From contig CBFGIT010000010.1 of the NCBI GenBank assembly GCA_965648905.1, positions 32,001 to 96,000 of the forward strand: a DNA stretch of 64,000 nt, written 5' to 3'. This DNA is from a candidate division WOR-3 bacterium. Its GTDB lineage: Bacteria > Hydrothermota > Tepidihabitantia > Tepidihabitantales > Tepidihabitantaceae. This document shows positions 29,693 to 39,667 of this stretch, piece by piece. Under the pieces are notes generated by a model, which was not told where the DNA came from, made no database searches, and was given only the letters and a program-made list of their open reading frames with translations. Each line of letters starts with the position of its first letter. Position 1 is the stretch's first letter. The position numbers were made by a program, and so were the translations under genes.

Positions 29693-31891
29693 ATGATGAA
29701 GTTCTGCTTACTGGCAGTCTGGGTCGGTGTTGCCCAGGCCGCCTGGATTTCAGTTGGTCCGGATGGCGGGTACGTCCAGGCGTTTGGCGTTGACCCGCAG
29801 GCACACGAGCATCTCTACGCGGCCTGCTATGACTACCCGGAGAACTCAAGGCTGTTTCGTTCGACCGATGCCGGCGCATCCTGGGCGCTGCTGGGTACGA
29901 TTCCTTATCCGTCGGTTACAGCTCTGGCGGTTGACCCGTTTGATGCGCGTTTCATCTACGTTGCCGCACGCGGGTCAGGACTGTACCGCTCGGACGACGG
30001 CGGTGCGAGCTGGCGCATGTATAGTCTGCCCGGTCAAGCCAATGCATTCGACTGGAGCACGGGCGTGGCCGGTCGGATCGTTGCTGGCGGCTACTACCTG
30101 TCAGGCGGCAGCTACCGGGCGGCACTGTTCGTTTCGACCGACCGTGGGGCAACGTGGTCGGTGTCAATGCCGCGGCCGGATACGGTGTTCTACGCCTATG
30201 CCTGTGCCGCAGACCCATCCCGGCCTGGGACCGTGTATCTGGGCAGCAGCTCAGGTTACCTGCATCTTACCACTAATGGCGGCAGCACGTGGACTCTTGT
30301 TAACTCGGGCCTGCCGTCGACCGCGACGACCATGAGTCTGGCGGTCAACTCGGACGGCAGCGCAGTGCTGGCCGGGACCAGCGCCGGCATATACCGCAGC
30401 ACAAACCAGGGTGCAAGCTGGACACTGGGTACGGGCTCGCCCGGCTCGGTGACGAGCGTCACTTTCTCGCCGGCAGACGCGCGGTACGCCTGGACCCTGG
30501 GCCGGACTGATTCGATGCGGGTCATGGTTTCGACCGACGCGGGCAGTCGCTGGACCGTACCGGTGCCGGGCTTTGTGACGCTCAAGACCGCAACCCTCGT
30601 GCCCGACCCGGCGACCCCAACCTGCGCTTACCTCGGTACCCAGACCGGGGTCTTTCGTTCGACCGACATGGGCGCAATCTGGAACCCGGCGCATACCGGT
30701 TTGCGTATCGCCAAGATTTCGACGATCGCGGCCGGGCCCTGGAACAGCGAACGGGCCTACCTTGAAGTATCTGAAAACGGTGTCTTCAAGACTCTGAACC
30801 GGGGCTCGAACTGGACCCGGTGCAACGACTTCCTTTCCTGCGGTAACATCTGTGGAATCGGGGTACTGACCGAATCCGGCGGCGACGTCTTGTACGCGCT
30901 TGAGGGCTCGGGCTGAGGCAACGCCGAGCTCTTCAAGAGCACGGACGGCGGTGCCGTCTGGATAGAAATCGAAAGCTACTACGGTGAGGGCGGGGCCTGC
31001 ATCGGTCATCCGGATTCGCTCAGGACCCTGCTTACCGGGGGGCAGGGCGCGGCAGCAGACAGCTACGGGTTCGTCGTTTCAACTTCCTTCAATGCCGGAC
31101 AGAGCTGGCTGAGGAGGCGCATGGCTTATCCGTGTCGCGGCTACTGCAATGCGCTGGCCGTACGTACCGGGACAGACCGGGCCGTGTACGCAGGCGGGTG
31201 GGTTAACTTCCCGACTGGAACGTCTGGTGCGGTCCTGAAGTCTACCGACTTTGGCGCGACGTGGGAATCGTTGCCCGGTCCTCTGCCTGATACGGTGTTC
31301 GGCATTGTGGCCGACGACCAGGACGGGCCTTTGGTCTTCTGCGCGACGACGAGCGGTGTCTATCGCACGACCAACGAAGGGCAGAGCTGGACCAGAGTGC
31401 TGGGTCAGCGCGGAATGCGGGCATTGGCTCGGGCTGGAACGCGCTGTGCCGCGGCCGGAGATTCCGGGGTCTGGGTGACCACGGACCAGGGCGCAAGCTG
31501 GGTCAAACTCGATTCCGGCCTTGGTTCGACCAGGGTGAACTGCCTTGAGTTCATGGCCGGAGCTGATGACTGGCTCTGGCTATTGGCCGGCACTCACGGC
31601 AGGGCAGTGTTCTACTGGGACTTCGGGCCGACCGCGGCCGCGGGGCCTTGCGTTCCGGTCGGGTGCAGGATACCAGCGTCGGTGCTGCGCGCCCGGCTGG
31701 TTCTGGATCTGGAGCAGGGGTCAAGGGTTCGGTTACTTGATGCTGCGGGCCGGACCGTGCTCAGCAGGCGTCTGCACCGGGGTCGGGCAGAGCTGGATGT
31801 TTCGTATCTGCCTGCCGGTCTCTACTTTGTGCAGCGGACCGACGTAGAGTCCGGCAAGTCGGTTACGACCAAGGTCGTGGTCGAGCGCTAG
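29693..31891 (+). CDS. Secreted BNR/Asp-box beta-propeller protein with T9SS-type CTD and one in-frame UGA at 30914-30916 (candidate selenoprotein/readthrough, or pseudogene)
   Basis: ORFs 29693-30916 and 31121-31891 are in one frame, joined by 68 sense codons containing another Asp-box (FKSTDGGAVW); signal peptide only on the first part, CTD only on the second. Confidence 0.75.
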
Positions 31892-33261
31892 CGCGGTCTC
31901 GATGCAGTGGCCAGGCCGACTGAGGCGATGATGGCCATCAGCGGCTCGACTGGTGCACGGAACCGGGCATCGCCGACCGGCCCGACCGAAAGCGTGAAGT
32001 AGAGCAAAGGCAGAAGCAGCCAGAGCACACTTCGGCCCTGCCGGTTCAGCAGTCCGACAGCAATGAGCAGGAGCAGGCAGAGATGGAAGACCAGTGCCCA
32101 GATGAGCAGAATCAGGGCGAGTGTCGGCATCCGGGACAGGCGCTCGCGCCATAACAGGGCGAATGCCGTACTGACCCGGACCCGGGCCAGCAGCCCGAAC
32201 ACCTGCTGGGCCAGATGCGGAGTCGAGGCAAAGTCCTGGTTCGTGCCGGCTCCAAAGTGAATCAGCAGGGGCCGGATACTCAAAGGCATGGTCAGGGCAG
32301 CAGCGCTTCCGGCAATGTGAACTCGAACCGCGGTGGCCGGGTGGCGGAGCACATGACGCCAGCCCACCGCGGACAGTTTCTCCCAGAATCGTGCCTCGTC
32401 GGACGAGTCGAGCTGACCGAATACCTGCCCGGCTTCAGCCATCATCGAGTCGCGGGCCGCGGCCACGCTGATTGACTTCTCTGACGCCAGCACCGACGCG
32501 GCCGAGTACAGGTAGACGTTGCGTTCGGAAACGGTCGAAATGATGTAACGACCTGTCGCCTGGCCGTTGCGGACCACCCAGGGCAGGACTACGACTGTTG
32601 CCGCAGCAAGCGGGAGAATCGGTGCGAACAGCGGAGCGATGCGATGCCTCAGTTGGCGGTAGAGCAGATACCCGGCGATGACCAAAGGGAAGAAAGTCGC
32701 AATCGGCCGGGTGAGAATCAGAAGGCCGCCGAGCACGCCGGCCGCGACAAGGTCGTGAGCACGACCGGCAACGCGAAACCGGTTGAGCAGCAGCACGGTG
32801 AGAATCAGGCCGAGAGTGAACAGGGTTTCGGTGACGAGCTTGGTCGCAAGGAACGCGAGGTTCGGGCTCAAGGCAACGAGCAGTGCGGCGATGGCGGCGA
32901 ACCTCTGGTCCAGGCCCAGCTCGCGCGCCAGTCTCTGCGTGGCCCAGATGAGGCAGAGCGACAGAGCAAGCTGGCCCAATAGAGCCGGCAGCAGCGGGTT
33001 TGTGAAAAGCAGGACAAACCCGGCCAGGAACAGTGGATATGCCGGAGTGCGGAACACGTCCGGCCGGAAAGGAGGGGCAGAGTCGAGCGAGAAAAGGTGG
33101 TGCCGGGCCAGGTTTTCGGCCAGTCTTACGTATTCCGGCGTGTCGGCAATCGGCTCCAAAGCCTTCCGGCTGAGCGGGGTCGATGGGACAGCCAGCAGGA
33201 GAAGACGGAACGCGATTCCAGCGGCCAGTGCTGCCGGCAGGAGCCGGCTAGCTGATTTCAT
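31888..33261 (-). CDS. GT-C (ArnT/PMT-like, family 39) membrane glycosyltransferase
   Basis: DTPEYVRLAENL, FRTPAYPLFL, TETLFT, LTRP, PWVVRN, ARFRAPVEP; polytopic membrane protein. Confidence 0.8.
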   Translation of the reverse strand: MKSASRLLPAALAAGIAFRLLLLAVPSTPLSRKALEPIADTPEYVRLAENLARHHLFSLDSAPPFRPDVFRTPAYPLFLAGFVLLFTNPLLPALLGQLALSLCLIWATQRLARELGLDQRFAAIAALLVALSPNLAFLATKLVTETLFTLGLILTVLLLNRFRVAGRAHDLVAAGVLGGLLILTRPIATFFPLVIAGYLLYRQLRHRIAPLFAPILPLAAATVVVLPWVVRNGQATGRYIISTVSERNVYLYSAASVLASEKSISVAAARDSMMAEAGQVFGQLDSSDEARFWEKLSAVGWRHVLRHPATAVRVHIAGSAAALTMPLSIRPLLIHFGAGTNQDFASTPHLAQQVFGLLARVRVSTAFALLWRERLSRMPTLALILLIWALVFHLCLLLLIAVGLLNRQGRSVLWLLLPLLYFTLSVGPVGDARFRAPVEPLMAIIASVGLATASRPR

Positions 33262-33919
33262 ACCAGGGCCGGCGCACGCGGCGCTTGATAAGGAGTCCGA
33301 ACAGAACCCCGGCGCCGAAGCCGCCGATGTGGGCAAAGTAGGCGATGCCGCCCGCGCCCGGCGCAGCGCCGCAGCCGTTCAGGACCTGGAACAGAATCCA
33401 GAAACCGAGCAGGAGCCCGGCCGGCAGGTAGACCATTCTCAGGAAAAAGAAAATCGGGATGACGGTCAGTACCCGGGCGCGCGGGTAGAGCACGAAGTAA
33501 GCGCCCATTACCCCGGAGATAGCGCCTGATGCGCCAATCGTCGGTACCGGTGAGCCCGGGCTGAAGATGACGTGCAGCCCGCTGCCGAGCAGGCCTGAGA
33601 CGAGATAGACAAACGGATAGGCGGCGTGTCCGAAGGCGTCTTCGATGTTGTCGCCGAAAATCCAGAGATAGAGCATGTTGCCGATGAAGTGGAAGAAGCC
33701 GCCGTGCAGGAACATTGAGGTGAGCAGGGTCCAGAGATGGCGGCCGCTTACGATATCGCGCGGAATCATGCCGTAGGCCCGGACAATCGCGTTGCCTGCC
33801 TCGGGGTCGTTGAGTGCGGCAAGCTGCTGATAGGCGAACGCGGCTGTGCAGGCACCGATGAGCAGGTAGTTGACAATCGGCCGGCGGGAAGAGCGGATGT
33901 CGTCGTGCAGCGGTATCAT
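33248..33919 (-). CDS. Rhomboid family intramembrane serine protease
   Basis: TSMFLHGGFFHFIGNMLYLWIFGDNIED, GASGAISG, AHIGGF. Confidence 0.95.
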   Translation of the reverse strand: MIPLHDDIRSSRRPIVNYLLIGACTAAFAYQQLAALNDPEAGNAIVRAYGMIPRDIVSGRHLWTLLTSMFLHGGFFHFIGNMLYLWIFGDNIEDAFGHAAYPFVYLVSGLLGSGLHVIFSPGSPVPTIGASGAISGVMGAYFVLYPRARVLTVIPIFFFLRMVYLPAGLLLGFWILFQVLNGCGAAPGAGGIAYFAHIGGFGAGVLFGLLIKRRVRRPWYEIS

Positions 33920-34410
33920 TTCGCTTTCCGGAGCAGGACCAAGGCGAGTGCGGCGATACTGCGGCCGGGCCGGGCCAGGCCGGTGCCTTCGGTGGTTTTG
34001 GCTTTCAGCCCGACGCAGTCGGGCCGCAGGGACAGGAGCCGGCCGATGCTTGAGCGAATCGCCTCGGCGTGAGGGGCGAGCTTCGGCTGGTCGCAGACGA
34101 CCACGCAGTCGATGTTCGTCGCGCACCAGCCCTGCTGGCGCACGAGGCCACAGGCGTGTAACAGAAGCCCGGCGCTGTCGGCATCCTTGCAGGTCGGGTC
34201 GGTGTCGGGAAAGAGCGTGCCCAGGTCAGGCAGGGCGGTTGCTCCGAGGAGTGCGTCGGTGATGGCGTGCAGCAGCACGTCTCCGTCCGAGTGCCCGGTC
34301 AGGCCTGAGGGGTGCGGGATAGTCACGCCGCCGAGGACCAGTCTTCGTCCCTTCTTGAGGTTGTGGGCGTCAAAGCCAAGACCGATGCGCAGTCGGGGGA
34401 GAGATGTCAA
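33916..34410 (-). CDS. ispF: 2-C-methyl-D-erythritol 2,4-cyclodiphosphate synthase
   Basis: RIGLGFDAH, GHSDGDVLLHAITDALLGA, KAKTTEG. Confidence 0.95.
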   Translation of the reverse strand: MTSLPRLRIGLGFDAHNLKKGRRLVLGGVTIPHPSGLTGHSDGDVLLHAITDALLGATALPDLGTLFPDTDPTCKDADSAGLLLHACGLVRQQGWCATNIDCVVVCDQPKLAPHAEAIRSSIGRLLSLRPDCVGLKAKTTEGTGLARPGRSIAALALVLLRKAK

Positions 34411-34523
34411 CTGCGTGATTGTATAGGCTGCCAGCGCCCGGTCAAGGCGAACCTTGCAGGCCGAGTTCGGGACTGGACCACGGCGCTTCGTCTCCGCCTT
34501 GGCCGTGGTTGCGGTGGCCCGTC

Positions 34524-35630
34524 TTACTGGGTCAGGTAGGCGAGGATGAGCCGGACCGTTGCCAGCAGGGCCCGGCGATGAGTGCGTTCGAGATTGTGCG
34601 AGGCGTCAATGCCCGGGCCGATAAGCCCGGTGACAACGTCGTGGCCGGCCCGAACTGCAACCGCGGCATCCGAGGCATAGAACGGGTAGACATCCACCTT
34701 GTACGGAATCTCGTTCGCGCGACAGAGCTCGACCAGATGCTGTCGCAGCCGGTAGTCGAACGGGCCGGTTGAATCCTTGGCACAGATTGAGACCGAGTAC
34801 TCGTCCGAAGCCTGGCCTTTGCCGACCGCCCCCATGTCGACTGCAAGCAACTGGCCTGTGCCCTCAGGGATTCCGGCTGAAGCGCCGAACCCGACCTCCT
34901 CGGAAGTGCTGAAGAAAAGGTGGCAGGTGCGACGCGGTTTGGCGCCCTGCTCGACCAGTGATTGGACGGCCGCGAGCAGGCAGGCAACCCCGGCCTTGTC
35001 GTCCAGGTGGCGTGACTTCACGAACCCGGAGTCGGTCAACTCGAATCTGGGGTCAAAGTGGATGTAGTCGCCGACCGCGACGCCCAGGGCCGTGACCGCG
35101 GCCTCGCTCGGTGACTCCAGGTCGAGCCGAACGACCATGTTTTCGGCATCGCGCCGGGCCGATTCAATCTCCTTACTGACGTGGGCCGATGGTTTTTCGT
35201 ACAGAACCGTGCCGCGAATCATGCGGCCCGAGCTGGTTTCAACAGTGCAGTACTCGCCTTCGACCGTGCTCAGAGCATAGCCGCCGACCTGGGTGAGTCG
35301 GACCAACCCGTCCTTCTCAATTGACTTCACCATGGCCGCGAGCGTGTCAACATGGGCGGTCAGGGTTCGGTGCGGCCCGGCCTCCTGCCCGGGGATCGAT
35401 CCGACCAGAGCGCCGCGCCGGGTTCGTTCATGGCGCACGCCGAGCCGGTCGAGCTCGGCTCCAAGGAACTGGATTGCAGCGTCGGTATGCCCGGCCGGGC
35501 TTGGGATGTGGACAAGCTCTTTCAGAATCTCGATGATGCGGTCGGTGAGGGCAGACAAGCTGGCAGGAGTGCTGTTCAAGGATGTTACCTTTGTTGTTGG
35601 GTTGACTATCCCGCTGTTTCCGGCTGTCAC
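34524..35630 (-). CDS. M42 family metallo-aminopeptidase
   Basis: PSPAGHT, TAHVDTL, SRHLDDKAG, SEEVGFG, DMG, SHNLERTH; start codon uncertain. Confidence 0.9.
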   Translation of the reverse strand: MTAGNSGIVNPTTKVTSLNSTPASLSALTDRIIEILKELVHIPSPAGHTDAAIQFLGAELDRLGVRHERTRRGALVGSIPGQEAGPHRTLTAHVDTLAAMVKSIEKDGLVRLTQVGGYALSTVEGEYCTVETSSGRMIRGTVLYEKPSAHVSKEIESARRDAENMVVRLDLESPSEAAVTALGVAVGDYIHFDPRFELTDSGFVKSRHLDDKAGVACLLAAVQSLVEQGAKPRRTCHLFFSTSEEVGFGASAGIPEGTGQLLAVDMGAVGKGQASDEYSVSICAKDSTGPFDYRLRQHLVELCRANEIPYKVDVYPFYASDAAVAVRAGHDVVTGLIGPGIDASHNLERTHRRALLATVRLILAYLTQ

Positions 35631-35692
35631 GACAGGAGATTATACCTGCGGCCGAAAAGTCGGTCAAATCCGGCGGGGGGACGGAGGAGACA

Positions 35693-35734
35693 AGGCAGAA
35701 GGCAGAAATCAGAAGGCAGAATGGCGGAGGGCGA
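35693..35734. repeat. Degenerate 7-nt tandem repeat
   Basis: AGGCAGA AGGCAGA AATCAGA AGGCAGA ATGGCGG AGGGCGA. Confidence 0.7.
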
Positions 35735-35738
35735 GAGG

Positions 35739-36431
35739 CTAGGAGTTCGTACGCCGTTCGCGGGCAAGTTCGGCGTCGGTGCGGCGGAGATAGAGCGGTT
35801 CAAGTCGCTCCAGGTCATCGGCCTGGCCGGCCTGGATTGCCTGAGCCGCGGCAAGCGCAATGACCCGGGGCAGAGGGTTTTCGATGCCGGATGTTTCGAG
35901 CTGAACTTGCCGGCTCTCAAGAAAGGGCCGGCACAGGCCGGACCCAGAGCCGGCGATGATGAGCTTGTGCCCGGAGCGGCCGGATGCGGCTTCAGCGATT
36001 TCAGAATAGCTGAACAGTCCGGGCTCGATGAGCACTCGGTCCTGGTGGTACAGGGCAGCGTAGACCTGGGACTTGCGGGCGTCGATTGTCGCAAGTACGG
36101 GCCGGCCCGGTTCAGGCACAGAGCGGGCCAGAGCCCAGAGAGTGTTGATGCCTTTGACTGGTATGCCGAGGACGAATGCGAAACCTTTGGCCGTGCTCAG
36201 GCCGACGCGCAACGACGTGAACATGCCCGGGCCGATGGTGACGCCGAGTCCGGCAAGGCCCTGGGGCCTGGCGTTGATTGAGGCGAGCGCCTCATCAATC
36301 AGGGGCATGAGCAGCTCGTCGTGGCGCATCTTGTCGCCGAGCGCCTGCTCGTAGATGACGTTTCCGGCCCTGGCCAGAGCCACACCGGTTCCGGTGCCGC
36401 TGGTCTCGATTCCCAGGTACAGGTCAGGCAT
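35739..36431 (-). CDS. tsaB: tRNA threonylcarbamoyladenosine biosynthesis protein TsaB
   Basis: LGIETSG, GPGMFTSLRVGLSTAKG, IDARKSQVY, PLYLRRTDAE. Confidence 0.93.
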   Translation of the reverse strand: MPDLYLGIETSGTGTGVALARAGNVIYEQALGDKMRHDELLMPLIDEALASINARPQGLAGLGVTIGPGMFTSLRVGLSTAKGFAFVLGIPVKGINTLWALARSVPEPGRPVLATIDARKSQVYAALYHQDRVLIEPGLFSYSEIAEAASGRSGHKLIIAGSGSGLCRPFLESRQVQLETSGIENPLPRVIALAAAQAIQAGQADDLERLEPLYLRRTDAELARERRTNS

Positions 36432-37167
36432 CAGAGGCTTTCTGACTAAGCTGGTACACATGGGCAAGGCCGCGTGAGCCGAGGTCAGGGTCGACTGTAA
36501 CCGGCCGGCCGAGTGCCCGATAGAACAGCTTTGCGCGGCCGCCGGTGAGAATGACTCTGAAGCTGCGGGACGTCGTCCGTTCGAGCTCGCCAATGACACC
36601 GCGCAGGCCGCAAGCGAGGATGTGAAACACCCCGGCCTGGATTGCGGCGCAGGTTGTGCGGCCGATGAGTTCTGGCTTGCGCCTGAGTTCGACACGGGGC
36701 AGCAGCGCAGTGCTTCGGGCAAGGCTTGCAAGCATCAGGTCCGGGCCGGGCAGAATGAGCCCGCCGGCAAAGCTGGCTTCAGCAAGCACGACGTTGACCG
36801 TGACCGCAGTGCCGAAGTCAAGGACAATGCAGTTGTCGCGGTGAAGGTGCCAGGCTCCGACTGCGTCACAGACCCGGTCAGCACCAAGCTGGCTGCGGCG
36901 GCAGCGGAACGAGAGCCCGACTCTGGTCCCAGACCCGAGGACAAAAGGTGAGCAGTTTGTCGCAAGTTCCAGGGTTCGGGCAAGAACCGGGGTCGCACGC
37001 GGCACAACCGAGGCAATGGCAACGCCCTTGACCGGCCGCGATGAGCCGGGCACACGGGCACACTGTAGGACTCGGACCGTGGGCAGGATGCGTCTTGCCC
37101 GCACTGTGCCACGGGTCCACCAGACGAGGCGCGTGTTGGTGTTGCCGACGAGCGCAGTGAGAATCAT
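36424..37167 (-). CDS. coaX: Type III pantothenate kinase
   Basis: VGNTNT, ASVVP, LGADRV, LDFGTAVT, GGLILPG, LTGG; the N-terminal D of DxGNT is replaced by L. Confidence 0.88.
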   Translation of the reverse strand: MILTALVGNTNTRLVWWTRGTVRARRILPTVRVLQCARVPGSSRPVKGVAIASVVPRATPVLARTLELATNCSPFVLGSGTRVGLSFRCRRSQLGADRVCDAVGAWHLHRDNCIVLDFGTAVTVNVVLAEASFAGGLILPGPDLMLASLARSTALLPRVELRRKPELIGRTTCAAIQAGVFHILACGLRGVIGELERTTSRSFRVILTGGRAKLFYRALGRPVTVDPDLGSRGLAHVYQLSQKASDA

Positions 37168-37925
37168 CTGAGCCGGCGGACGTCGCCCGCGCTCAGGGAG
37201 AGGACCTTGCCCGAATCGGTGCGCAGGACCAGCCGGCCTTCGCGGTCGATGTCGATGCAGGTTCCGATATGGGTGCGGAGCAGGGTCTTGACTTCGACCC
37301 GGCGATGGAGGATTGCCGAGCGTTCTTTGAGCTGGGTGAGCAGGGCAGCTCCTTGGTCCTTGACTGCCTGGTCGAGTGCGGCAAACGTCTCTTTGACGCA
37401 GGCCTCAAGCAGCACGAGCTTGTCGAAAGTCCGGCCGGTGGCCATCGTGAGCGACGTTGCGTCGGGCAGGTCCAGAGGAAAGTTCGGCTGATTCACGTTG
37501 ATGCCGAAGCCGACGGCGACACCGTTGCCCCGGGCCTCACAAAGGATACCCGCGACTTTCTTCTCTCCGAGCATGATATCGTTGGGCCAGCGGATGAGCG
37601 GTCTTGTACCGGTGGTTGATTCGACGGCGCGGCAGGCGGCAAGACCGGCGATGTGGGTGATGAGCGAGCCGGGGAAGTCAGGCTGGTCACGGCAGAGGAG
37701 CAGGCTGAAGCAGAGGCTTGCGTCGTCTGAGTACCAGTGGCGGCGGAACCGGCCCCGGCCTCTGGTTTGATGCCGGGCAAGCACCACCGCAGGCTCGCCC
37801 GTGGTCCCTAGACCGAGCGCATGGTCATTGGTCGAGCCGACCTGGTCAAGGACCACAACCCGGGCACAGGCAGCAAGGCGCGAGAGCAGCGAGCCGGGCA
37901 GCTCGGTCAGTGCTGGCTCAGACAT
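37164..37925 (-). CDS. birA: Biotin-[acetyl-CoA-carboxylase] ligase (no HTH domain)
   Basis: STND, QTRGRGRFRRHW, RWPNDI, KVAGILCE, GFGINVN. Confidence 0.92.
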   Translation of the reverse strand: MSEPALTELPGSLLSRLAACARVVVLDQVGSTNDHALGLGTTGEPAVVLARHQTRGRGRFRRHWYSDDASLCFSLLLCRDQPDFPGSLITHIAGLAACRAVESTTGTRPLIRWPNDIMLGEKKVAGILCEARGNGVAVGFGINVNQPNFPLDLPDATSLTMATGRTFDKLVLLEACVKETFAALDQAVKDQGAALLTQLKERSAILHRRVEVKTLLRTHIGTCIDIDREGRLVLRTDSGKVLSLSAGDVRRLR

Positions 37926-39611
37926 CTACTGGTCGGCGCGAACGAGCTTCAGCTCGCGGCCGTCGTCGGTCCGGCAGAACCAGACTCCAGGCGGCAGAGA
38001 GCCGAGCCTTAAGGACACGCCAGATTGCAGATTGGGGATTGCAGATTGCAGGACCAGGCGGCCGGCCGGGTCGTAGATGGAGAGAGTGATGAGTGGTGAG
38101 TGATGAGCGATGGGTCGAGGAGTGAGGAGGATCTCGACAAGGTCGCGCACCGGGTTGGGTCGGGCTGAGAGTCCGGCGAGTCGCTCTAGTCCGGCAGGCG
38201 CGGCAGCGCCGACCGGCGTGGTGTTGAGGAACAGGTGGTTGCCGTTCGGCTGGTCCCAGTTGGTGACGACCAGGTCCGGATGAGTCGAAACCCGGGTGAA
38301 GAACCGGACCTGGCTTGACTCGGGCGGCGGGTTCGCAAAGCTGACCCAGGCGCCCAGCAGGTCGCAGCAGTAGCCGGAGCGCGGAACCGGCACGCCGTTG
38401 ACCTTGATGCTGTCGAGAGACTGGAGCGGGCCGGTCTTGCGGATGGTGAACAGACTGGTTCGGCCGTCACCGGTGACCGCCACTTCGCAAGGGACAAGGT
38501 GCGAGTTATTGATGTCGGCCCAGACCAGGGCTTCGCAGACCAGGTCATACCGGTTGGCCGGAGACCAGGACCAGGTTGCAACCGTATCGAGCACGCCGGC
38601 CCGGTTCTCAAACACGACCGCAGGACGCCACCAGCCGCCTGCGGCCAGCTCCGGGTACCCGTCGCCGTTCGCGTCGGCCCAGGCAACACACGAGGAGTAG
38701 AGGCTTGAACCCTGGCGCAGCATGTTGAAAGTGGCGATGGTGTCGAACGTGCCCTGGTTGTTGTGAAACACCTTGATGCTGTTCGGGTCGCCAAGCTGGT
38801 CGTTGCAGGCTGCGGCAAGGTCGAGCCAGCCGTCCAGGTCATAGTCGCCGAACGCCAGGCGCAGGCACCAGCCGATGTTCCGGGTCGCAACCCAGGAAGG
38901 GGTATTCTCCAGCACGCCGGAGTTGTTCCGGTACATCGAGATGCGTCGGCGCTGGCCGACAAAAAGGTCAAGGTCGCCGTCGTTGTCGATGTCGCAGAGT
39001 CGGATGGCGTCGGACGGAGTGCCCTGGTTCGCGGTCCAGAACGGCAGCGTGTCGAGCACGCCCGAGTTGTTGCGGTAAACTCGGGCTGAATCGGTTGAGC
39101 CGGTATAGGCGTCGCCCGCCGAGATGGCGAGGTCCAGGTCGCCGTCAAGGTCAATGTCGCCCAGGCAGCAGTCGAACGAGGAGTGCTGGTCACGGGCCCG
39201 CCAGTACGGCGCAGGCGAGAGCGTGTTGCCCGAGTTGCGGTACACCCGGGCGAGGAAGTCGCCGGCCGTCCCGGCCCCGAGGTAGCCGACCGCGAGGTCG
39301 TCAAGCCCGTCGTTGTCGATGTCGCCGGCATAGCAGTGGCCGAAGTAGCCGTTGTCGGACGAGCGCCAGGAAGCACCGGACTCAAGCGTACCGCCCCGGT
39401 TCAGATAGACCGAGTTCTGGTTCAGGGCCATGTCGTTGCCGTTCGATACACACAGGTCGAGAAAGCCGTTGGTATCGACGTCGGCAACCGCACCGCCGGT
39501 TGAATAGTCGTTGTCGTTTGATGTCCAGTTCGGAGCCGAAGGCAGCGGGACCAGAGCCGGTGCAGCAGACCAGGCAATCAGGACCAGACCCAGGACGCTC
39601 AGTTTGCGCAT
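37926..39611 (-). CDS. Secreted FG-GAP repeat protein with T9SS-type C-terminal domain
   Basis: Signal peptide; repeated GDIDNDGLDDLA/GDIDLDGDLDLA/GDYDLDGWLDLA; C-terminal PNP...IYDPAGRLV...LPPGVWF. Confidence 0.85.
   Translation of the reverse strand: MRKLSVLGLVLIAWSAAPALVPLPSAPNWTSNDNDYSTGGAVADVDTNGFLDLCVSNGNDMALNQNSVYLNRGGTLESGASWRSSDNGYFGHCYAGDIDNDGLDDLAVGYLGAGTAGDFLARVYRNSGNTLSPAPYWRARDQHSSFDCCLGDIDLDGDLDLAISAGDAYTGSTDSARVYRNNSGVLDTLPFWTANQGTPSDAIRLCDIDNDGDLDLFVGQRRRISMYRNNSGVLENTPSWVATRNIGWCLRLAFGDYDLDGWLDLAAACNDQLGDPNSIKVFHNNQGTFDTIATFNMLRQGSSLYSSCVAWADANGDGYPELAAGGWWRPAVVFENRAGVLDTVATWSWSPANRYDLVCEALVWADINNSHLVPCEVAVTGDGRTSLFTIRKTGPLQSLDSIKVNGVPVPRSGYCCDLLGAWVSFANPPPESSQVRFFTRVSTHPDLVVTNWDQPNGNHLFLNTTPVGAAAPAGLERLAGLSARPNPVRDLVEILLTPRPIAHHSPLITLSIYDPAGRLVLQSAIPNLQSGVSLRLGSLPPGVWFCRTDDGRELKLVRADQ
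38021..38127. repeat. Two degenerate 7-nt tandem repeat tracts inside the CTD coding region
   Basis: CAGATTG CAGATTG GGGATTG CAGATTG (38021-38048); GTGATGA GTGGTGA GTGATGA GCGATGG (38086-38113). Confidence 0.65.
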
Positions 39612-39667
39612 AGTGGGCCAGTCTAGTTCATTTCGCCACCAGGGTCAAGCCGGCCGTCGGCCCGGTG

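Noticed and set aside
30914..30916. Genome-wide UGA recoding (code 4 or 25)
   Set aside because: TGA is the true stop of rplK, rplA, rplL, rpoB and others, so the in-frame UGA is locus-specific
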